This document shows, piece by piece, positions 61,342 through 64,000 of a stretch of 64,000 nucleotides of DNA. The notes beneath the pieces were generated by a model that ran no database searches, was not told where the DNA came from, and saw nothing but the letters and a program-made list of their open reading frames with translations. How positions within the stretch are numbered: the first letter of the stretch is position 1; each line of letters begins with the position of its first letter. Where the stretch lies: the NCBI GenBank assembly GCA_949358305.1, contig OX442314.1:2294001-2358000 (forward strand), in the 5' to 3' direction. This stretch comes from Strigamia acuminata. Its lineage: Eukaryota. A program made the translations under genes and the position numbers.

Positions 61342-61940
61342 TGTGGTGATCTCAAAATATTCACCAACTTAGAAGATAAAATTAATTGTCTTCTAATTAA
61401 TTTGACTGTGGCACACGCCAAGTCAGATCATGTGACCGAGGGGAGAAATCCTCTCTAGGCACATATCACCCCAGGTTGTCCGGGGTGAAAACGGTTATTA
61501 GCCGTTATGGTGCAATATGGTGTAATAACCACTAGTTGCACCCATTTGAGCTAAGTGCGCAGGTTTTCTGCGCAATGTTGAAGCGTGCTGGGCTCACGCC
61601 TTGGCTCAAATCGGGACTCTTGACAAAAATACACAACCCACAACATCACTGCGATATCTGCTCCGACAATACGTATTGACAGTGGACCGTGTAACCGTCA
61701 AGTTTCACCAGCTTGCTTTGTAACGAATTACAAAGCCAGCTATCCTGCTTGAATTAGCCGAAGCTAATTCCAGCAATCGTAACCGAGAAGTTTCCCGACG
61801 ATCGTGAACCATCGCCGTCGCTGCCGCGCGAACGACAGCCACCGCCATCGTACGAGAGCCGGACGCCTACAGCCGTCAACCACCGCCGCCGAGCCGTCGC
61901 ACGAGCCGTGGAAGGAGCCCACGAGAACCATCGTCTTTGA
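61342..61940 (+). mobile_element. Probable LTR-like segment, hairpin-dense, right end not found
   Basis: Begins abruptly with TGTGGTGA inside a ZF remnant, the same start as the minus-strand LTR at 6066; many stem-loops. Confidence 0.4.
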
Positions 61941-62620
61941 CCATCGTTCGTGAGTTCAGTAGAACGAAGACAATTTGCCTTCGCCTAACAACTGTGTGTT
62001 GTTTAACCTTCGGAAGCGAGTGCACCCGCAAAATCCGCACTTTGGGAGTGACTATTCTTCGGATTCCGGCAGGGCCAAACTCTTCCGGAAAATGTCCGGG
62101 GGAATGCTGAGAGTGCCGATAGACGACATTCGATTTTATGTCGTGGGTTTTTGTGCGGTTTGCGCCGTGTTTATTATTCGTACGAGATTTGGTATTTTCG
62201 CAGGGTTGTTGTCGCGCGAGATTCATCGAGGTAAAGCGAGTTCATCAACGACCTCGCCGATGAATGTTGCTAAAAATCTGTGCAAGTGTTGTCAAATATT
62301 GCCGTGATTCGATGGAATTTTTGTCAGACATTGGGAAATTTTTTTTGACTTGTCCAACGCGCCAGTAAATCGAGCGTCCACACGCGCCCACATGCGTGAA
62401 CAGTGCACTCGCCCTCCCGCCCCGTCGGCGTAGGCGCCGGCCGTCCCCCCTCTCTCTCTCTCTCTCTCTTCCGCCCGTCACCGAATTTTGTCAATATCTG
62501 ATAAATTTCCACAGAATTGCAGCGACATTGTACGGGATATTTCTGCCCGATTTGACGGACTTATGTAAAACATTGCTGAAATTCCGTGGAAATTTATAAA
62601 ATATTGACAAAGGTTGGTGA

Positions 62621-63640
62621 CCGACCCACGGCGCGTTGCGGCGCGGTCGGAGCACGCGACCCGATCCCCCCCTCCCCCCGTCCCCAAAAAACCACGCCTC
62701 GAGGAACCCCGAAGTTCGGTTTCCGACCGGGTCGCCTCTTGATCCGACCCGGGGCGCGTCACGGCGCGGTCGGAGGACGGCCCTCGCCCCCAAAAACCAC
62801 ACTCCGGGTCACGTGGTCTCGCACCCGACTCTCTCAGTTTTCCCGTTACGGGATCATGACGGGCCGTTACGGGATCGTGACGGGACCGTCGGCGGCCCGT
62901 TAACGGCCCGTGCGGGCCGTTACGGGATCGTGACGGAACCGTCGGCGGCCCGTTAACGGCCCGTACGACCCCATGCGGGCCGTTGACGGGCCGTTAACGG
63001 GCCGTTAACGGGCCGTTAACGGGCCGTTAACGGGCCGTTAACGGGCCGTGACGGTGTAAATCGAAAAAATCAACAACCGACAACACGTACATGAAAACGC
63101 GTACAACATTCATAGACATTAATCTCGAATCCTGTTTTTGGTTTTACGCCGTTAACGGGTCGTTAACGGCCCGTTAACGGCCCGCATGAGGTCGTACGGG
63201 CCGTCGGCGAGCCGAAGTCCGGGAACGAAGGCCGTTACGGGATCGTGACGGTCCCGTCGGCGGCCCGTTAACGGCCCGTGCGGGCCGTTACGGGATCGTG
63301 ACGGGACCGTCGGCGGCCCGTTAACGGCCCGTGCGGGTCGTTTTCGACCCGTTGCGGCCGTTTTCGACCCGTTGCGGCCCGTTTTCGACCCGTTACGGTC
63401 CTTGGCCGTAACGGGCCGAAAACGGGAAAACTGAAAAAGTCGAGTGCGAGACCACGTGACCCGGAGTGTGGTTTTTGGGGACGAGGGCCGTCCTCCGGCC
63501 GCGCCGCGGCGCGTCGTGGGTCGGGCGAGAAACGGCCCGGTCGGAAACCGAACCTCGGGGTTCCTCAAGGTGTGGTTTTTGGGACTGGGGGAGGGGAAAG
63601 AGACGTCCTCCGGCCGCGCCGCGACGCGCCGTGGGTCGGA
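62621..63640. repeat. GC-rich ~1-kb nested inverted repeat with internal tandem palindromes
   Basis: Outer arms 62621-62846 / 63422-63640; inner arms ~62955-63060 / 63143-63204; 11-bp (GGGCCGTTAAC)n and 53-bp units; AT-rich central spacer. Confidence 0.9.
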
Positions 63641-64000
63641 CAAGAGAGAGAAAGACAACCTGGTCGGGGGGAGGGAAGTGGGCCGTTCTCCGACCACGTT
63701 GCAACGCGTCGCGAGTCCACATTACTACGTGTATCTCAACAACCGTTCAACTTAAAGACTCGTACTTTGTTTAAAAAAAAAAGCCAACAGCCAGTTTAAT
63801 TAAGGTGTCTACTTTGCCACGAGAAGAAGCGGTATGACACGATCGCACTCGCTCGTCGGATTCCGCGAAACTCATCAACCCGGGGATTGCGCGCGGCAGC
63901 GCATAAAAAAACTCTTGACCCGAAAATAACGTGGGGTTATATGAAAACCTGGATTTGGTATTTCGTAAACACACGCGCCGACGCATGGGGAATGTGGGAG

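Noticed and set aside
61876..63986. Numerous 60-180-aa ORFs in the GC-rich end
   Set aside because: Expected from high GC and repeats; no domain motifs; overlapping on both strands.

Overview
AT-rich animal genomic DNA, probably arthropod (short introns, a few TTAGG units), and very repeat-dense. It is not prokaryotic; no CRISPR, rRNA or tRNA was found. Firm elements: (1) a BEL/Pao LTR retrotransposon lacking RT (11480-16738); (2) a near-intact Ty1/copia with identical 124-bp LTRs (50328-54908); (3) two solo LTRs and about a dozen MITEs with TIRs/TSDs (Tc1/mariner, PIF/Harbinger, hAT, MULE, ANT-TSD type); (4) a multi-exon DEG/ENaC gene that appears to encode two channel subunits in one polypeptide (29207-35854); (5) an 11-finger C2H2 array with inverted partial paralogs. 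The background is a patchwork of co-oriented, shuffled modules. These carry a family of small, mutually homologous, Myb/SANT-like ORFs (e.g. motif RDHFRYLR), a telobox-Myb pseudogene, a repeated promoter-like cassette and eroded host-gene fragments (RPAP1 x2, dynein heavy chain, RRM1, RNF216-like). The right end holds a hairpin-dense LTR-like segment and a ~1-kb GC-rich foldback with palindromic iterons. All homology calls come from motif recognition by eye; no searches were run.
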